Positions 26,122-40,776 of a stretch of DNA of 64,000 bases are shown piece by piece; position 1 is the first letter of the stretch, and each line of letters begins with the position of its first letter. The position numbers and the translations under genes were made by a program. The notes beneath the pieces were generated by a model. It did not search any database. It saw only the letters and a program-made list of their open reading frames with translations, and was not told the DNA's origin. Origin of the DNA: Ophelia neglecta (lineage: Eukaryota); the NCBI GenBank assembly GCA_965285935.1, contig OZ260664.1:85994001-86058000 (forward strand). Direction: 5' to 3'.

Positions 26122-29100
26122 TTAAGTAGTTTTCTTTATCAATCTAAGTTGAATGTATGCAAGGAAAAGCATAGACGTTGATATTGCGATCAATGCTAAT
26201 TCATTCTTCCACAAACTCCAATTCGTCCCGTATTCTATTTCTTGATATTGCAAGAACTTATTTCCTGCGTCAGGATGGCTAGTCAATATAAAAGTAAATC
26301 AAATGAGCAAGTGATTCATCAACCTATTGAAGAATAAGGATCATATAAAGTGACGGGAACTAAATGTGAGTTTAATAATCAGGATTGAAATAAAGTTAAC
26401 CAAATTATCCTGGTAAAGAGATGAAGAATGTTAGAATCAAAAAATATAATACCAATTCTCCTGTAGATATAAAAAATATGCTATCACATACTCTGTCATC
26501 GTATCAGTGAAATGTATATTTGAACCTTTTTTAATTCCGTAACAACACCCCCCTTCTGCACCCCAACCCCTTGAGATTGTACATGGCCGCCACGGGCCCT
26601 TTGTAGCACATATGGACCATGATAGATATGTACCATACCTGACACTTACCAAGTTTTTGTTTCGTTGCTATTGTCACAAAACATCGTGTTTTCCATTTCA
26701 TTGACAAGAAGGGCCTACATAATACAATGATTGTGTATCAAATTGCTGGACATTTTTTAATGAAATCCATCTTTTTCTGTCAAGATGCCAGTCGTCCGGA
26801 ACACAATGTATTGTTGTGCACATGACAGCCATGTCATCTTAAGCAAAGACGAATCAGTATATTTATTCTAAGCGGTTTTGTAGCTAAAGTTGAAAATCGG
26901 TTTGTGTTCCTCGCTCAAGGTAGGACATTTTCAGAGGCTTTTGATTAAAAGCGGAGGCGCGGAGCCTTGCGGAGGTGAATCCAGAAATTAGAACAGAGTA
27001 CTAGACCTATCAAACCTGTCCCTAACCCTTCCCCTAACCCTAAAATCAACCCTCCGTCCTAACACTTTCCTTGCTGACGATTTTGCTTCATGCCACTCAG
27101 AAATACTCATGACCTCCGCCTCCGCATAGCCTCCGCACCTCCGCGTTTAATCAATAGCCTTTTCAGAACTGCTGAATATGCTGTGATTTTATCGTAAAAT
27201 GTTTTGAACAAAAACGCAACGGGGAATATAAATAACCAGTAAGATTTGAAAAGTAAATGTGTATACAATGCTTAAATATGAAACGTACGCTCATGCTGTA
27301 TTTAAAGATACTCAAGTAAGAAACCCATCTTATCCACCAACCAACCGTTGAGAGTTTGACGAGAAAACCACTAAAAACCTAAGAGATGATAGAGAAATGG
27401 AATAATATTATTTTGTATTGACCAGGTGTACAAATATTTTCTGTGCGTCAACACATGTGTTCTTTTACTCCTCAACTAAATTAACATTTATAAAAATAAC
27501 ATGTTTACTTACCATCATGAAGATAAATATAAGTGCGACAATTAGATTTGCCACTGCAAACCCATGGATGCTAGCGCTGACGCAAAAACTAACAGATAGC
27601 GATCCAAGTGTGGTCAAAAAGAGGGTCAGAAGGAAGATGAAAAACTTAGCTGTTGTCTTTTGTAAACCTAGAAATACGTCAAGTATACTTAAATTCAGAG
27701 AAATACGTTTGCGGCACCGGGAATGTACGTATTTATATGCGTCCTCCGGTTTAGCATAAACGTCTCTAGCGCTAAGTAATTTAATAGTATAACAAATAAT
27801 AATGCACATTTCGTGACATGCGTAGGTCTGGTACCATATACATATACACTTCGCTATAGGACAAATAAAATGGAGTAATACGCCACGTAAAAGAACTGAA
27901 ATAGGAATACGCGGTCATAGAGGCACCGCGATACGCTCGTTTATTCCTGTATATCACAGTATGTTTCCAATATCCGTCATTATACGGTCCTGGTTTTAGC
28001 AGGGGTTTGTAAGTAAATTGCATTGCCATATACAATTATTTATTACCTATCATGAAGTAAGAGATCGCAGAAAACAGTATAACTGGCTGTAGACGCATCG
28101 GTATGATATCGCACAGTACTTTGGACAAGAAATATGCAAAACTTCCATAAAAGCCAGCCGAATGTTCATGCCTAAATATAAGAAATACAGCGATGAAATG
28201 AATAATACGTTTGTTAAATATCATGGGTAGGGTCGATATGAATTTGATGATTACATCTAATATTAACAAGACACTCACATAAATATAGCACGTTCGCGAA
28301 TAAAAACTTCAACTGCTGACAAGTTTTGGAAAATAAGGTTCATTACGATGAAGAAGACCACACCAGCCCTTTAAAGAAAACATGAAATCAATGATGCAGA
28401 TTGCGTTCTTGCATTGGAGATGTTTGGGTATAGCAAGAATCCTAGACATCAAGTGTGATCATGCTAAATTATGGCCACGTATTGAATTTGGCTTCAAAGT
28501 GGCTTTACTCACCTCTCATTATATTTGATTGAGGAAAATATTGAATTGTTTAGTATTACATGCTGAATTTGATACCTTGTGGTTTTTTTTCAAACCACTA
28601 ACCATACGACGTACTTATGTTAGGTGTTCACTGAAACCTTGACAGACTAGTGAATAAGCAATGTTTGAGACTGTTGTTATTATTCTATGACAAATTTATT
28701 TTATTATAGTTATTAGCTATAAGTTTGGGGCATCGGGATTATTTTCACTCACTGCATACTACAACAATTCAACGTATATTGCTTGTAACGTATTGCAAAT
28801 ACACGTCTAGAGCTTTCATATAAGATATTGCCAGGTGCTAAATTCATCGATAGGTTTTTCACATACATGAAGACCTCACCTATTTGGAATTCCTCGATCG
28901 ATTGAATCATCCAATTGAAAGTAGATTCCCCCCGTCAATAAGCCAAACACAACAACAACACATATCTGGAAACAAATGTTATATACAACACTTTCAAGTT
29001 GATGTTAAACGATATGACTGGTATAAGAAACAAGAAATATGATATATAAAAAATCACCTTCCATGCCTCTAGGAACAGTTACTACAAATGTCACTTTAGC

Positions 29101-32100
29101 CATGTTGTTGTTCGCTTGAGCATGCCTAAGACTTGATTACTTTTTGAAATAGTATTAACTTGGCCACCAACTCGCATATAATGAAGATTTGTGTTTGACG
29201 GCCTGTTACAGCTCGAAATGAATTGTATTTCAGCTATACCCGGAAAACCAAATAGCAGTAATGACGCATTTATGCCATGTCTGTCCGTCCGTCCCATTTG
29301 TCCGGCGGAGTAAAGAAGTGCCGTTTAAGATGTGGTTATAAACTTGGCGTGCCTCTTCAGGGCGCCAACAGCTCGGATGGTATATTTAAACTTAATCCGG
29401 AAAAATAACAGATGACCTTCATGAAGTAATATGCGCCTTTCTGCAACTTGTGTGGTGTATTCAACAAAAACCGTTTGACATATGGTTATCTAACTCCTCA
29501 TGCATTTGAAATTATTCGACGGCTCAAATGGTATTTTGTTTCAGCATAATAAGAAAAGGAAAAGCAAGTGTCATGACCAAAGAAGCTCGTTTCCATTCAT
29601 TCTCAAATCTTTTGTCTGAAGACCGCTATAATTATTGTAATTTAATGCAAGAAACTCTCCAATGCACACAAAGCAATTAAGAAACTGTGTTTGATTATAG
29701 GAAAATGTGTTTTAAATTATTCACATTTATCACAAATAAAGCACATAGTTACTATTGTTGTTACCAATTATATGTCCTGAATATCCCATTGACTGTTACT
29801 TAGCGTGTCATGGCAATGTAATCACAATGGTTGCCTGTGTATATATATACAGGTTTGATTAACAAATAGTAGATATATTATGTTATCAAAATGTGATAGC
29901 TACAAACGAGTGATCGAAATAATTTGAGATAAATAAGCGTCTACAATCAAAAAGGATTTTTACTTCTAAATTTTCCCTTGGTCATTGACGAGGCAATTGA
30001 CGCTATAAAAGAGAAGCTGGTTATGTTCTCACTACTTGACATAAGATTCAGTATGTTTCCGATGCACAAAGAAACAAAATAAATGATTGAACACGCTTAG
30101 CCCTTGATATGACCCCAGCTTGGCTACACAAATCTTGTATTCGCCAAATCGGAAAACCAACGCTGGACACCAATTGTGGTAGGAACATTGTCAGGTCATT
30201 TGTGTATTCAAAATTGAATCTTTTTCTACTGTTACACTTACCTGTGTGACATAGGTTGCAGGATTTCGAAACGTGTTCAGTAAATTTCTTTTTGAAATAT
30301 ACTTCACCTGAAGTCACATGTAAAATGCATGAGGCAGTTAACGCCGAATTTGTAATGGCAGCTAATAGGCAAATAAAACGGGTAATCAAGATTATGTTGA
30401 TTATAACGTTCAATATCCTATCGGGATGTTAATGTTTTAACAATGGTTATATAGCTGTAAATAAAAAATGCAATTACTTGTGTGCAGAATGACGCATGAT
30501 TCCGACTGATATGGAATTTCACCTGCTCCGATTTCATAAAATTATCATATATAAGGTCCAATTCGTCCTTTTGACTATAATACGAATAGAAACATTATTC
30601 GGGGTAACACTCCTTGTAAATGTCCAGACGAACAAATACATAGATACTGTAAATATACGCATACAAATAAATTTGCTGACATGATACACATCGGGGAATT
30701 TTTGAATTTGAGTTCCAGCGTCCTCGCCATGGAGGTATGTTCTTCATTGGTATTTTTTTGTGGTTCGTCGCTTTTCTTTAATACAACGGCAGGACTAACT
30801 TCTGCTTGTACCGTTAATACTCCAGCTAAAGGTTCGGCAGACCCTTCACGAGGTGGTTCTGGTGACGAAAAAAATGGTAAAAAGGTATTACATATATTTA
30901 TATTATTAATCTAGAGATGCAGTAAAACACTCTGCGGCTAACAGTTCTATTATCACCCACCGTCTGGGTTCCTTAACTAGACACGGATCATGTTGATTTC
31001 GGGTTAAGAGTGATCCAACATATAATGTTTAAATTCTTCCATAAGTTATTTCTTTTTGAATAATGTCCCTAAGTTTTAACAATGTACCAACCACGTGATG
31101 TTAATTGACCCGTCTTGTAAATTTGCAAACGTGCTATTGTCAGTTGTTGACCACTACGCATTTCCATAATTTACCTAAAACTTTGGATTAAACTAGCAGC
31201 AAATCATTTGTTTGTTTATGATTACTGGTTTAAGCTCACTCCAAGTTCCTTTTATCGTCATAGTTTGCAATAATGTTGTTCACATATAACTACTACAACT
31301 AAGTTCTTAGTTTCTGACAGAAAATAGGACGTGGATTGATCATGATGCCCCCACAGTGATCCGTAAATGGAGTAATCCCGTTCATTTAAATGGCTTCAAA
31401 CCCCGCACCAATTGAACAAAATGTTTCATTACTACAAGAATATACTTTAAGTTCTTTAAGTTAAGTTGATAAACATTTAATTTCATTTAACATTTGAAAA
31501 GGCCGTATTGGTCAAAACCAAAACGATTTATAAAAGGATAGGATTTCGACCGACAATCTCAAATCTATTAATTAGAATTGATCAATAGAATTTGATCTAA
31601 ATGGTCTTAATGCCTCTGGAACCCACACGTATCCCTCCCATTTAACTAGAAAAAATCTATATATCAAATGCAATTACTATCTCAAATTTTTGCAATCTAT
31701 TAATCGGAATTGATCAATAAAATTTGACCTAAATGGTCTTAATTCGTCTGGAACCCACACATATCCCTTCCATTTAACTAGGAAAAAATCTCTGTCAAAT
31801 GTAATAAGTGAAGTTATCCACGAGGTGAGTCAATCCATCGAACAACAAGTGAAGAGTTGAGGTGCGAGTCCACATGTTCTTGACGAGTCTATGGACGACT
31901 TAGCTCTCTTAGTAACAAGTAGCTGTCCTACATGTTTGCAATTCCAGGGATTATCATATGTGAGCTGTATTGTCCTGATAATTGCTTGGCGTGATCACAT
32001 AATTGTTAATCAATATGCCCTGAGTTGTCGGCATTTCAGGGATAATAGTTAAATAGTATATGCTTACTATGATGTGGCCATGGAGGTATAGGGACCTATC

Positions 32101-35100
32101 TAGTGGGTTGTATTTGTCCCGCATGCCGCAAATGTCATTAATTTATCTAAATCTAATGAAAACTCTTGTTGAATGATCAGATAAAATGTAACAAACCGGC
32201 TAGATGTGTGTCACTGCATAACTACAAAACTCATTAATTTTAGGTACTTGTCAATCACCTGTTAACACGGCGCCTGAGTCTGCATTAATGATGTCAAGAA
32301 AGAAATCTGCCGGGTTATTGTGCTCCTCACAGTGAAACCCTACGAAAATAAAACAAGAATGTTACTTAGTAATTGATATATATCATTTGTAAAAGAAATT
32401 TAAACCAATACAATACATCGCAAATACTATCCTCTCCTAGCTATTCCCAATTTTTGCTTAGAATTAATACTACGACTAGGCAAACCGTCCTTCCTTGTCA
32501 TTTACTGTATAACAGACACCTGCAGTGTTATTCGTCATATATATTTAATTTGAGAATCAAGTAATGGGAGGGTATGTATGCAATCAGGGTTCCAATCCTC
32601 ATTGGTCTAAAGATATACATATTAAAATGTAATAGATCATTCTATCTATTTCTTTAAAATTTTACTTCAATATGTGAAAAAAGTCCGTGTAAATTTGTAA
32701 TTATATGTATTTTCAATGAACCAATAAACAATTTTGATTTATAATTATAGTGATTATCACTAAAGGGTTTGCTGTCATAATATAAATGATAGATGACCAC
32801 GGTGGTTTGGGAAAGCATCCGTTTCAAAACAAGCAACAACGGACTAACACAAAAAAATTGCGTAAAATATCATTAACAAAAATTGATCTGAAGACACACT
32901 AAGACGAATGAGTGTTGAAAATGTATGTGAAGAATAAGCATATAACAAATTTAAGAGTTTTAATGACAGTAAAATGGGCATATCCACCACTTGGGGCTTA
33001 TTGATCTGCCTACGTTAGTTACCAATGGCGAATAGGTGGAAAAGACATAGACACAATAAATATTATAATGTATTTCTGCAGATTTAACACCATTATGGTC
33101 GAATCGAAAGCGATTTCCAATACACACGGGGTATCCCAGTTAAAATTGCTGTATTAATTTCAAAAAAGCTAATGAATGTCATTTCTATACATCTTTTGGT
33201 ATTTGAACCTATGTATAAGAAGCATATTTGAAACATATTAGATTAATTGCTTTCTAAACTTGACTTTTTCAACTGTTGAAACAATTATGGCCACTTACCT
33301 TGGATTGAGTGGTAGCTCATGTTAATTGTAATAGGATTGTTATATGTATGTTTCGCTTTAGACTGCAGTGCCAGCTATGTGAAGGGCAGAATTAAAGTAG
33401 TAATGAATCGTCGGAGAACATGTCACCATAACACTACATCGCACAACAACTTAGGTTTTACTAGGACCAGATTTTGTATACAGCCTGCACAAAATCCTTA
33501 TCAAACATCAAAGAGTAATAAATCATTGTCCTATATCGCCATGTGTGCAAATACACAAGTTGTTCTTCCCGTCAACAACGGATGTCGTACTACATCTCAA
33601 GTGACTCAGATACAACTTCCATAGCTATTGATATTTTCGCTCGAGGGATCAGACAGTGGTATGAGAGTTAGCAATTTTAGTCGAGAACGAAATCTATTGC
33701 TGCTCTTATACGCGCGAACATTAGTCTTTAAGAAGCAACGGCACAATTATCCAAAACCATTGTATGTCATAAAGAAACCGATATATTATTAATACTAGCT
33801 CAAATCTGGGAAAAATATGAAAAGAAATCAAACATACCGATGTTTTCAAAGTACTCGATGCTTCGATTTCCAGGTCCATGATATAATAATCTTCCCAGGG
33901 ACAACAGTGTGATTTGATCAAATAATTTGAATATTGAATAACGGGGTTGGTGAATGGACAAGATAATGGTATGCCCGTGGTTGGCTAGGCTGAAAATATG
34001 CATAAAACTGTCCTTAGCTTAGGTGTGTTTTGTAATTTACTCCGAAAACTATATTAAGTATGTGCTCAGGAATATACTGTTCTCTTCACACTATTATATT
34101 AAGAAAAACATTGGCGTAAAAGAAGTGTATGCATACTTGTCCTTCTTTATTCAAATTTTGTTACATCATATACATATATTATTTAACCGGCTTTCGTCAT
34201 CTACGCGGTAAAACAGTTGATATTTTAGACATTGGCAGGAAATGTGGATATCGAAATAAGATTTATTCAGCTAGGACTAATTGAATCGATTATATCTATC
34301 GATGCTAAGATGTTTATATGCGCTACTTGGTACATTAATATTAGATAGAAATGGAAAATATACACTGCGGGAACACGTACGTTTTGAGAGTGTGCATTAT
34401 AGCGTTGGCTGTGCTGGCATCAAGACCGGTGGTAGGTTCGTCAAGGAATATCACCTTTGGAGAAATTACAAGTTCCATGCCGATGTTCGTTCGTTTTCTC
34501 TCTCCTCCAGAAACTCCCCGGATGTAAATAGTCCCCACCTGACATACAAAATATATACATCTGTCGATAGGCATTTAATGTCTCGAAACTCATACACAAC
34601 AGACATAATCGAATATTAGTTGTGTTTTGAACAGAAATGATCGAACTTACGAATGTCAGAGAGGCCAGACAGGAAATGATTGGTTGATTGCATAAATATT
34701 TTTTCTGTATGACATTGTGTACAAATAAAATGAAATACACACAATCCATTTTGAGAGTATTGAAGTTTGAGAATATATAGAAGGTCAAAAGGTACACAAA
34801 CTTGAGTACACCCGATGATGGAACCAGTTTAATTGACACCGGCGAAGATGAAGATAAGTCAGGCAAAACGTTATAGTAGTAATGTTTTTCTATATGCTGT
34901 GTCTCCTACACGCTGGATCGGTCCAATACCGAGAAGAGAAGTGTATTGTTGTGATAAAGTCAGTAGTGCGTACATTACCTTGGTATCGGCACAATGCGTC
35001 AATCCCATATCAAGAAGAATAGTGTCTACCAATCTATCTTTAACCTCTTTTGATAAATCTGTTCCTAGTCTCAGATTAGCAGAAAATGCTATATTTTCCT

Positions 35101-37251
35101 TTACTGTCAGAGTGCCATACACTGCATCTTCCTGTTGGCGAGAAGCAGTTTGTAACATGAATAAATTTACTGGTTGCGATCAGATGATTTTATACTCAGA
35201 AGTGACTGCAAAGTCGTTTCGCACCTGAACAACATATCCGATGCTTCTCCGAAAATTTTCTGGACGGCTTTTTCCATTTACCAAAACGAGGCCTGCTTGT
35301 CCATTCGGGTCCTTTCTGCCGGCAATTATGTCCAGGAGTCTAGTCAATTAAAGACTCATCAGTGAAAAGTAGTACGATTTGAATTTATTCAAAATGTATA
35401 ATGACTAACAAGTTTAGACCAGCGAAATATTAATATCACTTACGATGTCTTTCCACATCCGGTTGGTCCAAGAATCGCATTCAAACCACTGGGATACTTG
35501 CAGCTGTACACAATATTGAAATAAAGTCATGTTAATGAATCACCGCAAGTAAATTAGTTTGTACTTGATAATACCTGACAAAATATATGTGGGTGTGAGA
35601 GACTTGGACGAAACGTGGATGAGTTGTTTGTGTATTAGAATACAAATAATAATTTTGACAATGGACATAATGGGTATGGGTAACCTGGTTTTGTAGTAAA
35701 GCATGCTTATGATTGACATAACTTGAATAATACTTCAATGTGGCAGACTTCGTACAAATGTAGGCGACTTGGTTACATCATAATTATAGCTACAGTGTAT
35801 GATAATTGGCTTAAAACGGAGTGTGAGAAACGTGGTACTGGTATTCCTTTTACTTAAAATACTTGATAATAGTTGTGACTAAATATGTGGCTGTGGTGGA
35901 CTTGGATGTTGAAATGTGTGTGAATGGTTTTTGTACTTAAATACCTATGACAGTTAATATAAAAAATATAATATCTAATAAGTCTATGTTCTTGAGTCAA
36001 AAGTTGTCATAAGTCATACAAAACTATACTTAGAAATTCTTCCAATTATCAGAAGCTTTTTTTGATATTAGCCAAACATGAGGCAACGACATAGCACACG
36101 GAACTGTTGTCAAAATGTGATATCTTTGGCTAGATTTAGTACAATACAAGACAGGACAGTTCCGGCAATACAGGTAGACGGGTCCGTTGAAGGGCCGATT
36201 AATGCACTATTTGTTAATTATATTGCTTTGCCTGCCGGGTATCCACCCCCTTTTTGTATGGACTGAAGAGCATACGCCACTCCCTTCCGTTTTAATGTAT
36301 GATCAGCCTTTATAAGGGGAAAACATACCGTCTTTATAGGAGGAAAATTTATTTGAATGTTGAATATGCAATGTAAAGCAGCACTCTGATATTCACACCA
36401 ATTACTCTTACTGATCATTGAGCCATTATCTGACTACTAACAATTGCTAATGTTGCAGGGTTCTTAACGGATTAACTGTATGTAAATGAGCTTGGTAATG
36501 GGTAATGCATTGTTAAAAGTAAAAGTAACAATTAATCCCTGAGATTTAAATCCATGCCATGAACTGCTTTTTTTAAGTTGGCGGATTCAAGGTAATTAGC
36601 GAGATAATCCTGTTGTTATTCTATGTGCATTATATCCTCTGAACTCAGTTAGGTTTATATGATTCTTTGATGGAGTTTGTGGATCGAATAAACAACACAT
36701 GATTTGTTTTCCTAACATTCGTAATATTTTTCTGGATAGACAGGGACAGGTGCTAAGTATTTGATTTATTGTTCTCATATATCTTCGAAATAGGAGAAAG
36801 TGAAATCATAACGTATGTTGGGTGGGAATCTGCTTAGTGTAGATGCAGTCTGGTGAAACTCAATATTCTTTAACAATTTGCCATCAAGCATTACAAGGTC
36901 AAGCTTGAAACATCCAACCTGTTAGTTCGGGACCTTTTACTGAGTATCTTTTATTTCATTTATGTAATAATTTGAATCATAGGACATTATCATTATCATG
37001 ACAATTACTCCTTAGTTATACAGTTTAGGCAATATCCACGGTATAGTGTGAAGACGAGTTGGTTCAACTGTCTTAATATTACGCCTCTACTATGTAGTAA
37101 TTCACATTATACTGAAAATGTATGATAAATGCTTGACAAACCTAATATTTGCCAGTATATCCTTCCCTGGGGTCTTTCCGACAATTGCATATGACACATT
37201 ATGTAAAGTGACTTCAGCTCCGATCGTGTCCATGTCTTTTGGCACTGTCAT
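26122..37251 (-). CDS. ABCG2: ABCG2-like half ABC transporter, copy B (intact, 645 aa)
   Basis: Minus-strand GT-AG exons: 37142-37251 (ATG, MTVPKDMDTIGAEVTLHNVSY), 35444-35503 (GPTGCGKTS), 35225-35339, 34979-35131, 34381-34538 (VSGGERKR, LDEPTTGLD), 33838-33989 (SIHQPRY), 32259-32339 (NPADF), 30681-30858, 30478-30574, 30242-30307, 28880-28965, 28279-28368, 28047-28171, 27513-27667, 27289-27378, 26650-26714, 26122-26278. Total is 1938 nt, open, ending KKTT-stop. NBD-then-TMD order is the ABCG topology, and the motifs closely follow ABCG2. Confidence 0.93.
26936..27159. mobile_element. 224-bp MITE with terminal inverted repeats and an 8-bp target-site duplication
   Basis: Left end GGCTTTTGATTAAAAGCGGAGG matches the reverse complement of the right end, GGCTATTGATTAAACGCGGAGG. 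TTTTCAGA lies on both flanks (26928-26935 and 27160-27167). Internal CCTAACCC repeats. Confidence 0.85.
29091..29230 (-). mobile_element. Small LINE (CR1-like) fragment in an ABCG-B intron
   Basis: VNTISKSNQVLGMLKRT resembles the CR1-type post-RT motif (KAN..LG.L.R). Confidence 0.4.
31560..31805. repeat. Two-copy tandem repeat, about 110 bp matching core, period about 133 bp
   Basis: AATCTATTAAT..GAATTGATCAATA.AATTTGA.CTAAATGGTCTTAAT..TCTGGAACCCACAC... occurs at about 31562 and again at about 31695. Confidence 0.9.
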
Positions 37252-37479
37252 GTTACCGAGATGAGCTATATAGAGGCATATAGCGAAGAACTAATCATTT
37301 CTCCAATTCACAGGGCGCCTCAGAAACAAATGTACCCTTGTATATACCCAAAAATTGGGAATAGTATCGCCACCGGGAACACAATCTTGAAGATCCACAA
37401 ATGTTTGATTTGCGATCGCAACGCAAACTGGTCAACCAATGGCAATCTGTAGCAGTATGAGCACTATGAATGGTAGTCC

Positions 37480-38082
37480 ATTGCATTAACTGATCGCACG
37501 CATGATGGAGAAATACAGTTTTACATAACACTATATAGGAAGGACAGTTTCAACTATGAACTGATGTCTTTTTAAAAAAGCGTCGTATTCCGGAGAAATG
37601 TCGTAATATCGTAATTTTTTAGTGCCCACTCTGTATCCGGGTAAACTTTTCAGCAAACGAATGCCCTATGGCGTATTACAATAAATTTCGTTGGGCGCAC
37701 ATTAAAAGTGTGTCATTGGAATTTTTTGCTCCGGCACAATACTGTGTTAAAAGTTGGGACGCGTTTCTTGAAAACAGGAACCTTTTCTACATAGCGAGCC
37801 GCGGCTGTGTGGGTATATCCTGTTTACCCAGTTATATCCGCTTTACTAAGAATCGGCAGTAATCTTGCAAAAATGATATTCCTATTTGGACCCTGGATTA
37901 ACATAATAGAAACCACTGACAAGTGTGCGGGCGTCTGGTGACGTATATAAGCCTATTCAAGATAGTTAGTCCGTTATGTGCTATCATCTCCTTCCACAGA
38001 ACGTTGATCAATAGTTGCTGAATCAGCACGAATGGTCATTGCTTCGATCGACAACAGCTAACTTTGAACGGAAGAAAAAAGG
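37480..38082. promoter_or_regulatory. Candidate divergent promoter region of cassette B with a candidate non-coding first exon of PKS-B
   Basis: TGACGTATATAAGCC at 37939-37953 (TATA-like, overlapping a CRE half-site) and a + strand donor AAG|GTAAAT at about 38081. Both coding starts are preceded by splice acceptors (about 41665 on +, 37266 on -), implying upstream UTR exons. Based on motifs only. Confidence 0.3.
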
Positions 38083-39162
38083 TAAATCAATTTTATCTTT
38101 GAATGTTATTGGGAAAAACAAAATATACAACAGGAACTTATCTTCTTCTAATAGTTAGTGCTTGAAAGTAGCAACCCTGTGTTTTCATTTTTATTTGCAT
38201 TAGAATTTTATATGTTATTTGGTGGCTGATCGGTTTTGTTGACGTCAGCCCGATTTTAAAGGAATATTCTTGATTATTAATTTAACTAATTGTCAGTCGG
38301 TATGCACTACCAGCTCTTACACTTATGTGACATAATGAGGATGCTATCCCACTTCTATCATATTTCATGGCAGTCACTGGCATTTTTCATGGCGGTTCCC
38401 CATTTTTGATCTAAAATTTATAAACAAAAATTCGATGTGATTTCATAAAAAAATCTTACATTTCACAACCGTCCACTTTAGTTAGAATTATTGTATGCAG
38501 CAAGTTCATTTAGTCTGTTATATATATTTAGTTTGTTATATGCTTACCTACACTATAAATTCCATACAACTTACCTCTTCTGCCGAAGAAGAGAATTTCC
38601 TGATATATATACATGTAAATGCCCTTTGCTAAGGCGTGTCAAGTAAGCTTCTTGACAATATTTTAAGGACGGGCATAATTATGCAAAGCAATGTAACAGC
38701 GGCCAAAGTGCATTCGTTAAAAAAATGCTTGCTTTTAAGAGCTGTTTACCGCCAGACCTTTAAACTGTGACGAAATCTCTATATGTCTAATACGAACATT
38801 TAAATATTCAAACATTCAAATGGTTCCATTATCTAGACCAATATTGTGCCCCAGCAGCCATGAAAAAAACAATGTGGCTAGCACATCAAGTTTAATGAAA
38901 ACAGGCACTTGACTTGTCTTGTGAATTTGCCAGTCAGGCGCTTAGGATACCCATTTGGCGGACTTTGTACACGCCATTCATCAAGTTGAGGAATTCGAGG
39001 TCATAAGGGTCATGCGAATAAGTATTAAGACTGGCTACAAGGCAAACTGAAGGTTGATGTACTTAATATACCACCACGGTTTGCAGGCATGTACTATAGG
39101 CGACCGACAATTTGCAATGATGAGAGCGGGAAGGGAGTGGGGAGAGGGGGGGGGGGCGGCTA

Positions 39163-40776
39163 CCCTATGCTACATCGGGAAAGAGGAAGTAAAATTGAGT
39201 GTGGAAGTTTGAGTCTGGAAGTTAGTATGATATATTTCTAGAAGCATTATTATTAAGAACTATTTTGTTCCATGAAGCTTAAATCTTTGATTGATTTTGA
39301 GAAGCTAATGATTATGTCCAAGAATAGACATTCGTAACCTTCCGCCAATATTTACATATCTTAAGAGTACTGAAGATATAATTTCACCAACATGTTTTTA
39401 TAAGTGATCCGAGCCTCCCAACCCCTAACACTTCCTTTGATCGAACCAGTCTCGTCTCCAAGGGTTGTGAAATATCGTCATAAACAGTTGTTTTACCTGT
39501 AAACATTATTTTGTACAAGCTACACACAACAGAAATAAATAGGAACACGTTGCAGAACATAGTGTATAAATGAAGAAACAATAGCCGGCAACTAAACATA
39601 GTTTGTTGATCTAGTATGTTGTAAAATCAATATTTGCGTCAGATTCAATTTTCAAAGGTAAAAAGCGAAGGAGCCTGATGTAATGCAAACGGTGCCAATT
39701 CAAGTTACTGGTTTACTCTTCCCTACAGTAACAATGGTAATTTTATGTTTTGTTTATGACATTGATTTCGCTGGAAAGCATGCTAATAGTTTTCTTGTAA
39801 ATAGTGCAAATAGTCCCCCGAGTTTAGTGGCGCATTAATTGTATCGTTGCAGATCTATACAGCAATAAATATCGGTTCTTTAAACTGCTATATTTTTAAA
39901 CGAGCATATATAGTTTTTTTCTGTTTACATCAGCCTGCACGAAGTCAAATTCATTGATGAAATAATACAACAAAAGCTCGCTACTTCATACAGCATGCTG
40001 TATAGAAATCACAATAGGACGGAGTCACATCGCCTTGATATATTTCTGGAATTACTGTATTTTACTCGGAAAGAATCGATTTACTCCCAACGAGTTAGTA
40101 TGTTACAAGTTTTATATGCATCACAATAATCAATGAAAAACATGCTACAAGACACCAGTGCAAGCGAATGCTAATTATAGACAATTTGTACTGAACAAAA
40201 AAATTAAACTTCAAGAATTAAGTATGGGTTAGATCCATCTCTTGCTTTGAAAAAGACTGCTGAATATGAAGTTATCTGAAATATGACATGAACATATATG
40301 GATCGAGACATTATGCGACCATAAAACACATTAGAAGTTAGGTTATCGTGGAAAATCAACATCTATGACATATCAAGGCATCATTAAGGCCTTTTTATGA
40401 GGGCGATAGAAATGTCGTGCACAGCTAGCGATATATGTTCAAATATGACACGATTATCTAGAACGGTGGTCCAAATATTTTTCTTAGTGGTTTTCTATTT
40501 CAAATATTCATTTTACACACGCCAAGAGAATTATGTAAATCTATCAACGAAAAAAAATGTCATTCGATCTCCTCGATAGCGTAAAGTAGATTATATTCAA
40601 GCCAGCCGCCGGACACATGCATGCATAAACTTTCACATTATTCGCGGGCCTGCTTCCATAATGTTTTCAGCAATTCTGGAAAACGCTAAAATTAAAATAT
40701 CATTTTACTTCCTTATGCTACATCGGGAAAGAGGAAGTAAAATTGAGCGTGGAAGTTTGAGTGTGGAAGTTAGTAT
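39163..40776 (+). repeat. Dispersed direct repeat of about 65 bp (39163-39227 and 40711-40776)
   Basis: TATGCTACATCGGGAAAGAGGAAGTAAAATTGAG.GTGGAAGTTTGAGT.TGGAAGTTAGTAT is present at both sites. Confidence 0.9.

Noticed and set aside
29230-29560. Helentron/DINE-like element suggested by a short (GTCC)n run
   Set aside because: Only about three microsatellite units, and I could not define termini.
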